This document shows, in pieces, positions 50,690-64,000 of a DNA stretch of 64,000 bases (position 1 is its first letter; each line of letters begins with the position of its first letter). The translations under genes and the position numbers were made by a program. Below the pieces are notes generated by a model. The model searched no databases. It saw only the letters and a program-made list of their open reading frames with translations, and had not been told where the DNA came from. The DNA is from Gnetum montanum (Eukaryota; Plantae; Gnetophyta), in contig MNCI01000838.1 in assembly GCA_015680685.1 (NCBI GenBank), forward strand, positions 74,855-138,854. The letters run 5' to 3'.

Positions 50690-51380
50690 GATAAGTTTCC
50701 AGTTTAAGGTCTTAGTGGACCATTACAAATATGCATAATTCGTAAAAGGAAATGTCAAAAAGGGTGGTCTCTATGAGGATGATCCCCTCAGAGTAGAAAT
50801 TGAACTAGGAGATATAGGAGATTTTTCTTATTTTTAGCGTATTTGAGACAAATTTCAGTATTAATGTTAATGTTCTTTTCATTTTTTTCTCTTTATGTAA
50901 AATGTATCGTAGGTTTTAACGTTGCGATAAATTGTGATTAGTTTTGAGAGCATAGCATCAATGTGGTTACTAGTTTGAAACCTTTGTGGACTATTAAATT
51001 GCCTAAATGTAAAAGATAAATGATACTGCTAGTTTAAGGCCATTTTGGACCTTGGATAGTTTAAGGCTGTTTCGGGCCCTGGATAGTTTAAGGCCATTTC
51101 AGGCCCCTTCTTGGTTTTTTCTTTTTAGTTTTAAGGTATGAAAAGTAAGCATAAATTGGATTCTGGTATAGACCATGAGTGAAATTTGCATTCCAAGCGT
51201 AAATGGGATTTAGATACTAAGGGTAAGTGAAATTGCTAGTTTAAGGCCATTTCGGGCCGTAGTTGATTCAAGTACCACATGTAAATGAAGTCACTAGTTT
51301 AGGGTCATTTCGGGCCTTTGCATAATTCAAGTGCGAAGTGTAGATACAGTTGCTAGTTTAAGGCCATTTCGGGCCGTAGC
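50690..51380 (-). repeat. Hairpin-taaactag repeats in the PR-RT spacer of D
   Basis: Minus strand ggcccgaaatggccttaaactag repeated; gtccactaagaccttaaactgg. Confidence 0.85.
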
Positions 51381-51559
51381 GTAATAGGAGTAAAGAAGAT
51401 AGAAACATAAAGCTAAACACAAAGGTAAATAAGAGCATAATGTAATTAGCTTGCGGAAGGCGTGAATACATGCATAAACATAAGAAGTACAAATGATAAG
51501 CGTAAATAGAGTGATTGATGAGACCATAGTAGTTAAGCAATATTGTTTTACTTGCTAAC

Positions 51560-54500
51560 TCCGTAACTATTTCTTAATTGCCTTCATCTTTAGTGACGCG
51601 TAAGGACGGGGGGATTTATGGCCCTTCTCCTTCACATCGTAATCTTCTCCTGGGAATGGTAGTTCAGCCCAAGTTAGGTTGTCATCAGACACTATTTCAG
51701 CTTGCTTGGGTACTAGAACAGGGGACTAATTCTCAGACATTTCTATCTCCGAACCTTGTTCTGCCTCTATCTTATTAATAGCCTGAGGGATTATTTCATC
51801 ACTGCGGATAACCACTCCTCCTCCTGCATAAGGTAAATGGATTTCCTGATGAATGAATGATGAAACTTCCCTCAGTTAGGCTAACCAAGACCTCCCAAGA
51901 ATTAGATTGAATCCAAGAATCTCTTCGACCATGATAAACGTTGCATTTATGGGGAACTGGTCCCCTACTACAAAGTTGATGTGGACGGTCCCTTTGACCT
52001 ACACCCGTGCCCAATTGAACGACTTTAGAAATGACGTTTTCATAGGGCTGACTTGATCAATCAGACCTAATTTATCCACTATGGGATAAGGGATGACATT
52101 AGTAGTTTCCCCGTCATCTATATGTACTCTCTCAATTTGGTGCTGGCCGACCCGGATAGTGATGAACATGGGTGCTGTAGTCACTTGACCCTCAGGGTCA
52201 TCCTTGATGGATTCATCATGAAAGGTCAATGGGATGGGATCAGATTTTTTAGCAGCAAGGGGAAGCATGATGGAGTGAATTGCTCCTTCATCTGCTAGCA
52301 GGCTTTCGTCCACAGGTATGGATGTTAGCATGTGAACCATAGCTTCACGATGTTTTTACGATGTCATAAGCAAGTCATAAAGGCTCAACGTTGTATTTTT
52401 CTATTTTAAAGCCTATTTGACTTGTGCCAGGGCATCAAAGAGATCTTGCCCACAATTGGAATGTTTGTCATCCTTTTCCTCTTCCATTCGCCCTAGGAGA
52501 TGAATTTCGCGGGGAGGAGTGACAGTTGGCTGAGGGTTACGCTTCCTTTGGCCTAGGAGAAATAATTGCTTTCATGTAACCTCTTTGTCCTTGGCAAGTG
52601 GGGCTAACGGTGTTGAAGCGAGGGGTTGAGGTTTGGGTAACCCCAGGGTAAGAGGACCCTTGGCCGCATCAACAGTGATAGTAGGTGAGTTTGACTTAGA
52701 GGATTGCCCCTGCATAGGAGGGGCGGTTGATAGTTTTGGCACTTTGATAACTAAGGGTACCTTGGGTATAGGCATGGGCTATGCCATGGCTTTAATGACT
52801 GCAGGCTATCGAGATGCATTCTGGGATGAAGTTTAGAGGATGAAAGGATGCCCTGGAGGGCCATTCATTGGTGCTGATGAACCTGTTGTTTGGGTTGAGC
52901 GAGGTTGCGTTCGCAACAAAAAAGGCTATCTTAGGTGTGTCTAATTATCACCCTCTATCCCTACCATGTTGATTGTGTACCCTGCGTTGTTTGCATTCAA
53001 CAGGTCTTGGTACACACGCATGGCCTAGTTTTCTAGGCATGTCGGGCTACTACTATCTAAGATCAAGTCACCTTGATCTATCAGATGTTGGATGTCATCC
53101 TTCAATGCCCAGCAGTAGTCCGTATCATGACCGCACAATTGATGATAGTTGCAGAATCGGTCTAGCTTAAAGTTCTTAGGCACAGGCGGTTCATTAGGTT
53201 GGGCTAAGGAGGGATTCTTAAGTAGCTTGCAGTGGTGCCTGTGGCATTTCAGAGCCTCCTCGGACACTGCCTTGTGTCGGATATGGCTGGTTCCCAATAA
53301 TTGCTTCAGAAGTTTTGAAGGCTTCATAAGTAGGGTTGCATAATTTGAGCGATCCTTACGTTCAAATTTGAGCCTGGGTTGTCAAGATGCTTCAAGGGCA
53401 AATGAAGCTTCTTGATTGGTGCCACCTAAGCTTGTTGCCTACTCAGCTAGCTCTGTAGTTATTTTCTTGTTATTGCTACCTTTCTTCTTGGCCCCTTCAG
53501 CAACTACTGCCACTATAGTCATCATGGCTTTAGCTTTGTCTTTACCCTTGCTATGGGTGTTTCTGTAGGCCACATATGCCAGATATTTACTAGCCTCAAC
53601 CACGTCTTGGATGCCCTTAATCTGGGCAAAGGCTTGGCTAAGAGAATGGGGGGTGAGGTAATACAGCTTAAACTTGATAAATTCATTGACTGCTCCCTTG
53701 AAGATTGCTAATAGATGGGCATCTGCGATGGGTTCGCAGATTTCGTTCAAGGTGGTACTCCACCGTTGTATGAACTTTTGGACTGACTCGAGTGGATCTT
53801 GCCTAACTCCCATGAGCTGGTCTAGTGTGACCTTTGGCTTTAGGTTGTATTTGAAGCGAGTCACAAACTGGGTTAACAGCTCTTCCAAAGTTGAAATGGA
53901 AGCGCGTGGAAGTGCTCGATACCAATCCAAATCTTTACCCATTAAGGACATAGCAAAGACATAGATTATGGTATGCAGCCATTGCTATAGCAATAAGGAC
54001 TCTAACCTGAAAGTCATGAGATGAGCATTGGGATCACCTTTCCCATTGTATTTCATGAAATGAGGAAGGGGCATCCTAGGTGGCAATGACAGGACTGGGA
54101 TGGCTGGACTAATAGGATCATCTTGGTAGAAGTTCATGACTTGTACCATGTCAGAACCAGTGGCCTTGAGGCATTTGACCTCCTCTGTAAGGGTCTGAAT
54201 GAGCTAGAAGGCTTGATCCAGCCCCGTAGACAATGATGTCATTTTTGAAATTGAAGGGGGAGCTACACTGGGTAGCAGCATAGAGGTAACAGCTTGGATG
54301 ATGGTTGGCAGGATAGTCCTTACCGGCAATGTTGCTTACAGCATCCACAATCCGGTGGTTAGTGCGGATGGGGGAACTACCCTCGGCTGTGCTACTGGGT
54401 ACATTGTCTATGTAGCCAGGGGCATAGGTAGTGGTCCTGCAACCAAGTTCAGCACTTGCGGGATGTGGCCTTAAAGGTGGGAATGGTGATGATTTTGCAT

Positions 54501-55259
54501 AGGATGCACGATAAGAGACATGTTGGGAGCCCACCATGTTGTGGTGGAGGGCTCTGTTATGCGAATCGGGAGCATAGCTAGTGTTGTAGATATAGCATGC
54601 ACATGTGGTGGCATAGGCGCAGGCACATGATGAGGTGACTTAGGTAATTGTGCCTGCTGAGGAATAACCTATGATGGACCTTCACCTGGGAAGATAGATG
54701 GAGAAAGAAAATGTAAATGCGGTGAACGTGGGACTTGATCCGTGTTAGAGAAAGGTGTAGTGACCATGAACAATGAATTTATATGAGACGTTGTTGAGGG
54801 AGGGGCCATGGTGAAATCGACATGATTGCCTCCCTCCAAGTGGGATTCTAGATCATCCTGTCCATCGTGAAGTGCTTCTTCACAGAACATGGTTTCTAGT
54901 TCTTCTGGTAATGTCTTTTCCATGAACATTTGGTCTAGGATCCACCTTTGTTGATTTATCAAGGGTATGAAAGTGGTAGATGTAGGAATGAGTTCTTTCC
55001 CATCGTAGTACATAAGCTCGTATTCTCATTTTTCCTCAACTTCTTTTGGATACATAGGCAGATTTGCCACTAGCTTAGCATAGAGGAAATTGTAGTATTC
55101 CTTGCATTGAGCTTTTCCCTCCAGCTTCTTGTTTTGTAGCCTAAGGGAGCAGCATGGTCTCACTGGACTAGTTGGTTGCTCAACCACGGAGGGCGTAACT
55201 TGTAGAGTCTAAGGGTTTTCGAGATTGGTAGTGTCAACAGCTATGGTTGATGTAACCAT
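51560..55259 (-). pseudogene. gag: gag-protease ORF of D
   Basis: KYNGKGDPNAHL, FCNYHQLCGHDTDYC, HIDDGETTN. Confidence 0.9.
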
Positions 55260-55482
55260 TTTTGAAATAATGATGATAAAAGATAAAAATAGGGACAACA
55301 GATGTGAACTAAGATAGTAATCAGGGCTTTTATCTCGTAGGATTCCAAAGGAATCGTCGAAGTGACCGATCTTCACCACATGATTTCATAAACGACCTTG
55401 GAGGTATTACGTTTACATTAATCGACAATGGGTACAGATAGCTTATAAGACTACCCATAAAATATGGATCGGCTATGAAGGT

Positions 55483-55498
55483 CCTCCTTATAGCACCA
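55483..55498 (-). other. PBS (tRNA-Asn, degenerate) of D
   Basis: Minus strand tggtgctataaggagg, 6 nt after the LTR. Confidence 0.8.
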
Positions 55499-55504
55499 GA
55501 AAAC

Positions 55505-56941
55505 TGTAACGATGGAAAACGTTGGTCGCTGGAAATATCAACGAAAATCCATGGTACATAGTTCTAACCTCAAATCCATGTGAGGACCATGTTGGAGAAA
55601 AAAATGAATCCGAGGTACCCTGAATGGTCTTGTCAATCAGGCAAGGACTTATTTAATTAGTAAAAGGTTTTGTAGTATTTTGATGGTGAAATGAAGATTC
55701 TTTATAAAGCGATGCAATATTTTTAATCCTGGAAGCAATTGAAGATAATGCAACTGATCAAGATAAGATTTCCAAATCCATCTAACTAGGATGCAGAGGA
55801 TCAGATTTGGTAGATGATATGATCATAAGATCTGGGATTTAATTTATGAAGAAAACAATGTGTTTAATACAATGACCTCAAGCGAGCTTTGGTTTGGATG
55901 AAGCATATGCCAGTAACAAGAAAGTGATTCAAAGATGAAGCAAGTGAGGATCAATCTACCTTGATCTAGCCAATCTGGGTGCAAGGAAGTCAGACCCATC
56001 GGAGAATATCTAGTAGCCAGTTGTTTCTGATCAAGAATTCTTTTCAATCACCTATGACGTTCTCATGATCACTGATTCTCTTTTTCTCTCCTACCAACCT
56101 TAAAGAAAATATTTTTCCAACCTCTTGATCTTCATCAACTAGGACATTTATAAGGTTAGGGTCAGGAGAAAAATGCGGTTTAAGTGATGCATGCCCTGCA
56201 CCCATAAAGTGTCGTTGACTCAATGTGTTGTTGTTGAAGCTCATGACGCTATGCTACGTAACGCGTCGTAAACTATCCTCATGCGGGCTTTGGCAACAGA
56301 CTATCCTTTGAATATGCTAGAGAACATATTGTAGCATATGAACTACTAATGTGCTCATCTTTACTTAATTACGTTGCATTACACTAAATTATGCACCGTA
56401 GTGTAATTCAGTGTAAAATGATGAAACTACAAAAGTAAAAGTGTTGTTGCCGCGCTTCCTTTGTTTCTATCCTTTTCATGGTTTTTACTATGCTGTGCTG
56501 CATAAAGCAATGTAATGGGCCCCTTAACTAGGAAAGAAAAACTTGCTGAGACACGTGTTATACTACAAACTATTGCTTAGGACTTGAGATTTTTGCCGGG
56601 CTGTTGAAGTCTTGTATTCTTGTCATCCTTGGTGCTGCGGTGGGCTATCTTTGATATTACGCCACACAATGTGATGTTACGCTATGTAGCGTAATACAAC
56701 GTAATTTTCCAAAAGTTAAAATTTTTGAAATAGATAACTTACGAAGTTGGAAGCTTGGCCACCATGCATCCATCGCTTTGCTCCTTCCTCTGGAATTCAC
56801 TTGTGCTATGCTGTGCAGCGTGGTAGGGCAGACCTTCGGCTGAAAATGAACTTGTTGTGCTGCACTTCGTTGCAACCATTTCTCTGAGTCACTAGCTTTT
56901 TCGATGAACTATTGAGGCCTCAAAAGTTTCACGATGTTTCA
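55505..56941 (-). repeat. 5' LTR of D
   Basis: Minus strand TGAAACATC...GTTACA. Confidence 0.92.
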
Positions 56942-58749
56942 GAGGCAACTGAGGATAAGCCCAAACACAGCAACAATGGAAACAAGAATACCAAGAAACT
57001 AATTGTGCCTGCAGCCGACTCAGGTCCTAAACCAGGCCAAGCAGTACAACCCGTCGCCCCCGCATCCGAGACATCTACATACACTAAACCTAATTTCAAA
57101 TGTAAAGATTGTTCAAAATATACTCCACTGCCCCTTAAACCTTCAGAACTCCTGAAGTAACTATTGGTAGGGGGATACATTCAACACAAGCAGATGTCAA
57201 AAGAAGCAAACATGAGACATTGACACTACTGCGAGCTCCTTAGAAACCTCTCTTTAGCCCTGCCCAACAAGCCTCCTGTCCCTAAACATTTTAGGATGGA
57301 CAGGTTTTGCGACTGCCATCAATTATGTGGTCATACCACGGATTATTATCTATGATTGCAAGATGACATCCAAAGACTAATTGACCTAGGACATCTAGTG
57401 CTAAATGAAGGTAACCCAGTACATCCTGAAAACCAATCCATGTACATCTATACTAACCCACTCAACACCAACAACGCCAGTTACATAATCAACGCCATCG
57501 GTATTGATAACAATCCCACACCACCCTTCCAACCATTTGTGATTTGTGTGCCTTAGCTTAGTATGCCAATGCCACCAATGGTCAGTCCAAGCCCATAGTC
57601 GCCCTTCATCCTGAAATTCCCAGCATGAACATCTGCCTCTACACCACCTATTGGTGGGGCCATGCAACCCCATCTACTAACACCTCTAGCCCCATTTTTC
57701 ATTAGAACATCAACGTCTTCGACAGCCTCCATCTCACACAACAACAAACAGCTTCCTTGCCCTACGATGCAAGAAACCTATGCGATGGGTGAGGTGTTGA
57801 AAAGGAACAGTGTCAAAAGCATCTCTAAAACTAAAATTTTGCCCTCTAAATTCACACCTTCATCACCTTCGATGAAGATCGATGAAAGCACACAACTTAT
57901 TACATCCTATCATCAAAAATATGAACCTAGGTCTGGGGCCATCTCCCCTCAGGGGAGCCCGCATGTTAATGGCAATCCTGGTCGATGAAAACATGTCGGC
58001 AGATGAGAAAATGATCCACTTAGTCATACTCCCCTCCGCACCCATGGAGTCCACACCTCCACTAAATTTCAGCAACAAAGCCCTTAAGGAAAATCCTGAA
58101 AAGGGCCAAGTGACTACCGCACCTCTCTTCATCACAATTCGGGTCAGTCAATACCAAATTTGAAGGGTGCATGTTGACAATGGGGCAACCACAAATGTCA
58201 TCTCTTTGCCTATCATAGAGAAAATGGGGTTGGTCAACCAAATTAAACCAACAGCGGCAACATGAATGCGGTCCTTCAACAGGGCACGTGTCCTGGTAAA
58301 AGGCACAGTTCACGTAAAATTCATAGTGGGGAACGAGCTCCCCATGGATGCAACATTCATTGTAGTCAAAGAAATGCTAGGGTTTAACCTAATCTTGGGA
58401 AGATCATCGTTAGCACAACTTGGGGCAGTTTCCTCACCTATACACTAGGAAATCCACTTACCATATAAGGTTAGAGAGGTGATAATCCATGGCGATGGGG
58501 TGGTAATGCAAGCAATTAGTAACCTAAATGCCAAGCAAGGTTCAAAGGTTACAACCTCTGAAGATGAAGTGCCTATTCATGCATGCACCAACCATACAGC
58601 GGATGGATCAGCCCAACAAAGCGATCCCTAGGTAGAAAACGTCTGGGTGGAGTTGCCCTTTCAAGCAGAGTACAGTGGCACGAGCGAGTGCCCTAGAAAA
58701 ATGCCTCAACTTTACATCCCTGTCAACCCACGAAAGATCAAGAGATAGC
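56942..58749 (+). pseudogene. gag: gag (3' part) and protease of C, with an internal deletion near 57950
   Basis: FCDCHQLCGHTTDY; HVDNGATTN; FNLILGRS. Confidence 0.88.
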
Positions 58750-58855
58750 TACGTGTAGCATAGCAGCCTTGCAACCTCTCACCTAGTCGTCATCCTCATA
58801 TATTTGTTTTCTACTAAGCTCGCCAGGGTGTCATCTTTTTGGCACAATACGCAAA

Positions 58856-58992
58856 CAGCCTAAAATGGCCTAAAACTAAGAAATGCCTCGAAATGGCCAA
58901 AAACTAACAAATGGCCCGAAATGAACTAAAACTAATAAAAGGCCTCAAATGGCCTAAAACTAACAAATGGCCTAAAATGGCCTAAAATTAGC
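58856..58992 (+). repeat. ggcc-N6-ggcc-taaaacta array after PR in C
   Basis: Five units of about 28-30 nt. Confidence 0.9.
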
Positions 58993-59071
58993 ATCTCAGA
59001 GTACAAAAACTTCACATAACACACATAATGACATGAAATCGATTTTCCTTTCTGGAATTTTCACATTTCAT

Positions 59072-62000
59072 TCAAAATTTTTGCCTATTGGTGGTGTCTG
59101 TAAACTCTTCCAACACAAAAAGAGAGAGGGGGGATCCACCCTCATGCTCTGACAAGCTATCCTTGTTTGCATCACCTTCGCCATTTGTCTCTATCACGTT
59201 CACTTGCACATCGTCTGCTCCCATATTTCCCCCTTCCAACACCTCATTCCTTCCCTCCATGGGCCTCACATCCTCATTAAGAGCCTGCATCTTGAAGGAT
59301 AATGTAGTTAGTAGGGGCAAAAAATGTGATAAATGATAGCTATAGCAGAGCATCAAAGCAACTAACCTGAGGGGAGCCCATGTCCATCACAAGAGGTATC
59401 TAGTCTAGACTGACCTTGAGACAACGTTCAATATCCTCCATTGAGATATTCACCCAAGACGTGTCGTTAAGTTCAGCGTTCGCAGTGGTAACTTTCACCT
59501 TTTCCAAAATTGTCCATCTTAGAGGTCCCAGGGAAAGGAAGGTGGTGGCGGTCTCCCCTATAGGGTCACCCCCAAACTTGGGGACTCCGTGACCTACACC
59601 TGCTCTTTAAACTTGGCATAAGCCTCAGAAGCGTTGATGGCCTTTACAAGTTCCTCATACGAGAATGCCTCCACAATAGCGTCTTTATACACCCTTCAAT
59701 GGGTTTCATTTTCTTGCTTGTATGTGTACTTGTGGTCCCTCTAGGCCTTCTTCCATTCGAAAATCTTGGCGTTGATGTCTTTCATATCTTGGCACTTCTG
59801 GGCCAGAAATTTCATCTTTATCTATTGTTCAACTATTTCTCGGGTGGGTTCTACATTCTGATGAACGATGGTCCAAAATATGGCATGATTGACCACAACC
59901 CTTTGTGACTCCATAGGGTCGGAACTATGGTTCACGAGAAAATCAATCCTTGACTTGAGGTTCTCCACCTCGGCAACCAATTCTGTCTCTTTCTGCTTGC
60001 TCCTATGAGCCTGTTTCCACAATTCCTCATTGGTACACCTACATTCCCATAGGGAGCACGTCAAATGCAAAATGCATTTGTAAGCCTTATCAAATATGTG
60101 ACGAGGCACTTCAATCACATCGAACAAAACTATAGACACCGCGCCAATTTCCATAGGTCAAGTTGGCTCCCATTTGAGTCGAGAGGCTATAGAAAATATA
60201 ATAACCATGTCAACATAACATAAATCAATACATTTAGAGTTTTATCGTAGCAGCATAAGGGCTATTAACACTCCTACTCACCCACACGAGGATCCACCTA
60301 TTGAAGGCATTTGATCATGTCATCAACAAGCCCCTAGACAAACATAAACTTGTCAGGAATTTCAGCCCATGACTCCATCCAAGGTGGAGAAGGTCCTAGT
60401 ACATCAGCGGTAGCACCTACTGCATAATTAAGCATGGTAGCAGCAACCACAATTAATCATAACAGCAATAGCCAAAGTGGACTAAAGTAGGGTACATCCA
60501 AAACTTGAGCTCACTAGTATTCGGCTGTTGTCTCACATCATGCTGGTCCAACACAATCGCAGTATGTTCTGTAGAAGGCCCAGCCAGGTCCGTAAGAACT
60601 CCTACTTCGAGCACTGGTGCTTTCCCCTTCTAGAGGGCAGTGTCTTTCTTATCTTGGAAGGACACATCTTTGCCAGTAGGAAGAGGCTCCCTAATAACAA
60701 GAGCCACTGCCCTAGAGACAAGAGCCCTAGTATCCCTAGCCGGGGCCCTCTCTTCCAAAGTTGGATTCCCTGTGTCTCTATTTGTCACCCCCGGTCTGAG
60801 AGCTTACACTTCCTTGTCACCTTCTTCTTCACCTTCTTCTTCTGCTATTTCCAAAAGGTATACACACAATAAATTGAAGTTTATTAACTCAAAATTGATA
60901 CCATGCCACAAAGCACCACTTAGCTAAGCATGAAATAGTTAGCATTCTAAACGTTCACCAATAGGGGGTTGCATTCGCTACAACTTGAACCGCAGTTGTT
61001 GCTCCTCTTCACAAGGGCTTTCCCTAGTAGGGGGAGGCCTCTTTCTCCACAACTCCATAGGAATGACCTCAGCCATAAGATGATCACCTTGGGTTGTATT
61101 ACTAAGTATGGTAGAGGGGGTCTCCCCTATGCTATCTTGGCCACAACCGCTATGAACCGTTAAACCTTTAGTTGTTACGGAAAATGAATCCCCGAACTCT
61201 TCCAGAGGAGCTTGGGCTTGCATGGTTCGAAATATCTATCAAATCCATGGCTTGGGCATCTCTTCAGGATCCAACTCAGACCAGACCCCATCCTCCTAGA
61301 CCACCAAGAACTCTGCAAAGCGCTTTAGACAGCCAATGTAGAAGGCATAGTGCATGTTAGAACGGGACTCTGTTTTCTCACAGAGCCCCAAAATCTCACC
61401 CTGCAAGCCATTACATAGGAATTCAGCCTAGTTATAATGGGCCCCTTCCTCCATGACCTCCTGCATAACCCAAGCCTACCCAAGTCCCAAGACCTTTCCT
61501 TGGGTAAGCAGTTGAGAGAATGCACGAGCACAAAAGACCAGGTATATCCCCATGGAAGGACCATCCTTAAGCTTTTTCATAGGGAACCCTTTCCTCTCCT
61601 TGGTGAGCCTTAGCCACTGCTCAATATGCTACTTATGGAGGATCAACTCCTGCTTACCCCTTGACATCACATCGGTGCCATCATTAGGAACACTGAACAA
61701 ATCTGTGAATAGCTGGTCATTGATGTCAATGACCACGTGCACATCCTGCATGTATGTGCGAAAGCGACTCACCTGCCTAGAAAAAGAGTTGACCAAGGAA
61801 AGCATCTTGGCAGTAGGATTCGGTGCCATAAACAAATCCATAAGCTTGGTCATCCGAATTCTTCTGAGCAAGGAGCCTGGAGCCCCTCATTCCAACTAGC
61901 TTTGGCTTGCCGATACCTCACCATATTTGAAGTAGATATTTTCCCTTTGCCCTCTGGTGGTCACCACCATCACTTCATGGGGCTTCTTCACTCCTGCAAC

Positions 62001-63465
62001 AATGATCACAAAACACTAAAAAAAAGACACCCGCTTGTTAATCCACCAGGCCTATATGGTGAGGGGAATAGTGGGAGTTCAGCCACTAAGACTGCTTCAA
62101 GCATAACTTGCTTAAAAGGTTTCCTCCACTCCTTCTCCAGCCAGCCTTTCATCCTGAAATTAGTATAGAAAGAGGTGAGTGTGCATACAAGGGGACGGTA
62201 CCCTTCCCCACAAAGAGCAATCATGCCTGCTTGCAAGCTCCTAGCAGAGGCAAATTCCTACAGGGCTAGTTGAGCCGTGGCCAATTCATCAGGTTGATCA
62301 TGAACCCCATCGTCATTAAAATGAAACCTGATGACAAGTGCATGCCATCAACCCTCGACCAAACATAGCCAATGTTGCACAATAAAATAGAGATGTAAAA
62401 CTCACTTGCTAACACAGTAAATGGTCCCCTATGGGTTCAGAAAATATGTCGCCATGTGGCGTGTGAGGTACAAAGTGTTGAAGGGATCATCGCATTGGTA
62501 TTCTGGCATGTCCCAAATCCAGGCCAAGTGCCTCAACCCTATGGAATGTGGAGAAGACCCTCCTCCTAGCCTTCCTAGAATTGCATCATCAAAAAGATAT
62601 CTTAGGACACCCCGATTTTCCCTTGGCAGCAATGCCTCTATCACGCTAGATGCCCGCACCTCGTCCGAAGAGGACCAAACCATGAGACTAAACTGGCTGA
62701 GGAGGAATTGTAGGAATTCTCGTGCCCCATATCTAAACCAAATTGCTCAACCTCCCAAACATATCGAAGAAGGGGGAACGTTGGCCATAGGCCCACCTAC
62801 ATGACACAAGACTCCTTCCAAATGCAAAACGACCAATCTAGATCTTGGCCCTACCCTGCATAATAGAAATAGTAGACAGTGACATCAAACATGAATATAA
62901 TACGTGCACAACGTAGCAGCACCTAGCTAACCATAAGTGAAGCATAACATGATCCCTGTTCATCATAGCACAACAAAGATGCAGAAGCCTAGCATAGCAA
63001 GAACATGCAAGTAACTGGGTGTAGTCATAAGATAACTGATAGCAGACCCAAACAGAACACGCACCTATGTCTCATGTAACTAAACCCCCTCCCAAAGGTT
63101 TCACAGTCGAATAGCTTAAAGGGCCTTGGCCTCACAGCCATGGCAACAGTCACAGTATTAATGGCCTTACACATCACCAAAATGAGACCCTTGCACAATA
63201 GAGATGACCGAAAGAAAGCAAGACCACAACAACACCAAAGCCAAAATGACATAGCCATAGAAAATACCAATAGTAAAAAAATAAGACATAAAAATAGGGC
63301 CAAAGAGGGTAGAAAGTGCAAAGAGAAAGGGATGGAAGAGACGTATAAAACTCACTGGGTCAATGATATGTCCTCCTGCGCTAGAATGCTCACCCACAGC
63401 CCACGTCTCAAAGCCTTCTGTGCCTCCCTGACTTTCACGAGCACCAACTGAGTCTTGGGAGCCAT
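59072..63465 (-). pseudogene. Antisense multi-exon accessory gene of element C
   Basis: ATG at 63465 (MAPKTQLVLVKV); exon 1 63356-63465, exon 3 62406-62855, exon 4 62047-62327; mostly intact GT/AG sites. Confidence 0.85.
62406..62855 (-). pseudogene. Exon 3: FCP1/NIF-like domain (copy C)
   Basis: 450 nt; RLVVLHLEGVLCH...IWFRYGAREFLQFLLSQFSLMVWSSS...LRHLAWIWD...FNTLYL...FLNP. Confidence 0.78.
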
Positions 63466-64000
63466 AGTCCTTCTAGCAGATTTATGACCTTCATAGAAAT
63501 TCGCCTTGATATGGATTCACACAGTGACTCCACGCTCAAAAATTGCCAAAGTGCTCCTATAAGGATTATGCCCTTCTAAGGCAAAAATAGCAAAATTACC
63601 AGAATTTGATCCTTATTTATGGTAGTAAGAGAAAAATGGGGAAACTTATTTTCTCTCTCTTCAATTAAGGTGACGGGTAGTGGGCGGCGTAGCATGCTTG
63701 TCATGACATCACGACACTATTGGCATTTAAACATCTGCATGCTCCAAGTTAGTTACTTGCCTTCTCGAAAGTAAAAATGATATGATAATATTTCAACTAA
63801 TAATGGCCGCAGTCTGCAATGACGTCAAATGAAGTAATTATGCTTCTTGTGTCAGCAATCACTTGGTGTGCCTCGACATAAGGATAGAATAGTCCTTAAT
63901 AGTTTCATGCCTTCATGCCTACATTAACCGCCCAGTATGTCTCATGCTCACAACGCTATCTCTTTTATTGTTATTTAGTGCACCAAAACTTTGCATGTCA

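Larger units (their letters stand above)
44553..56941 (-). mobile_element. Element D: Tat-clade element without the antisense cassette between PR and RT, inserted in gag of C
   Basis: Paired LTRs, PBS, gag-PR, ~1 kb spacer, pol through the INT C-terminus; C gag resumes exactly after it (degenerate TSD atggc/gaggc). Confidence 0.92.
40224..64000 (+). mobile_element. Element C: Tat-clade element with antisense cassette; gag split by D; pol expected beyond the window
   Basis: LTR, PBS, leader, gag (42718-44552 resuming at 56942), PR, repeat array, antisense gene. Confidence 0.88.

Noticed and set aside
51025-51380. GGCC-GAAA-GGCC..AAAC resembles hammerhead ribozyme stem II
   Set aside because: No CUGANGA core precedes the stems and GAAAC is replaced by TAAAC

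Overview
This window has no intact host gene. It is a deeply nested cluster of old, degenerate Ty3/Gypsy LTR retrotransposons of the Tat clade (Ogre/Retand-like), evidenced by a tRNA-Asn PBS, RT-RH-aRH-INT domain order, a CHHC-type Gag knuckle and no chromodomain. The host is probably a large, heavily methylated land-plant genome. About nine insertions can be separated (my labels J, A, H, I, B, G, F, C, D), nested up to seven deep. Main result: in three copies (A, B, C), gag-PR and the pol region are separated by about 5.7-5.9 kb (measured in A and B; pol of C lies outside the window). That spacer holds an antisense gene of about 9 exons and roughly 1,100-1,200 codons, with splice sites, intron phases and an upstream TATA-like box at equivalent positions in the three copies. 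Its third exon encodes an FCP1/NIF-like (HAD-fold, CTD-phosphatase family) domain with degenerate catalytic motifs. Pol has a conserved splice acceptor followed by its own in-frame ATG. Arrays of short co-varying hairpins ending in TAAACTAG flank the cassette. Related element D lacks the cassette at that position, and G is a gag-PR-only non-autonomous element. All domain calls come from reading motifs by eye; no searches were run.
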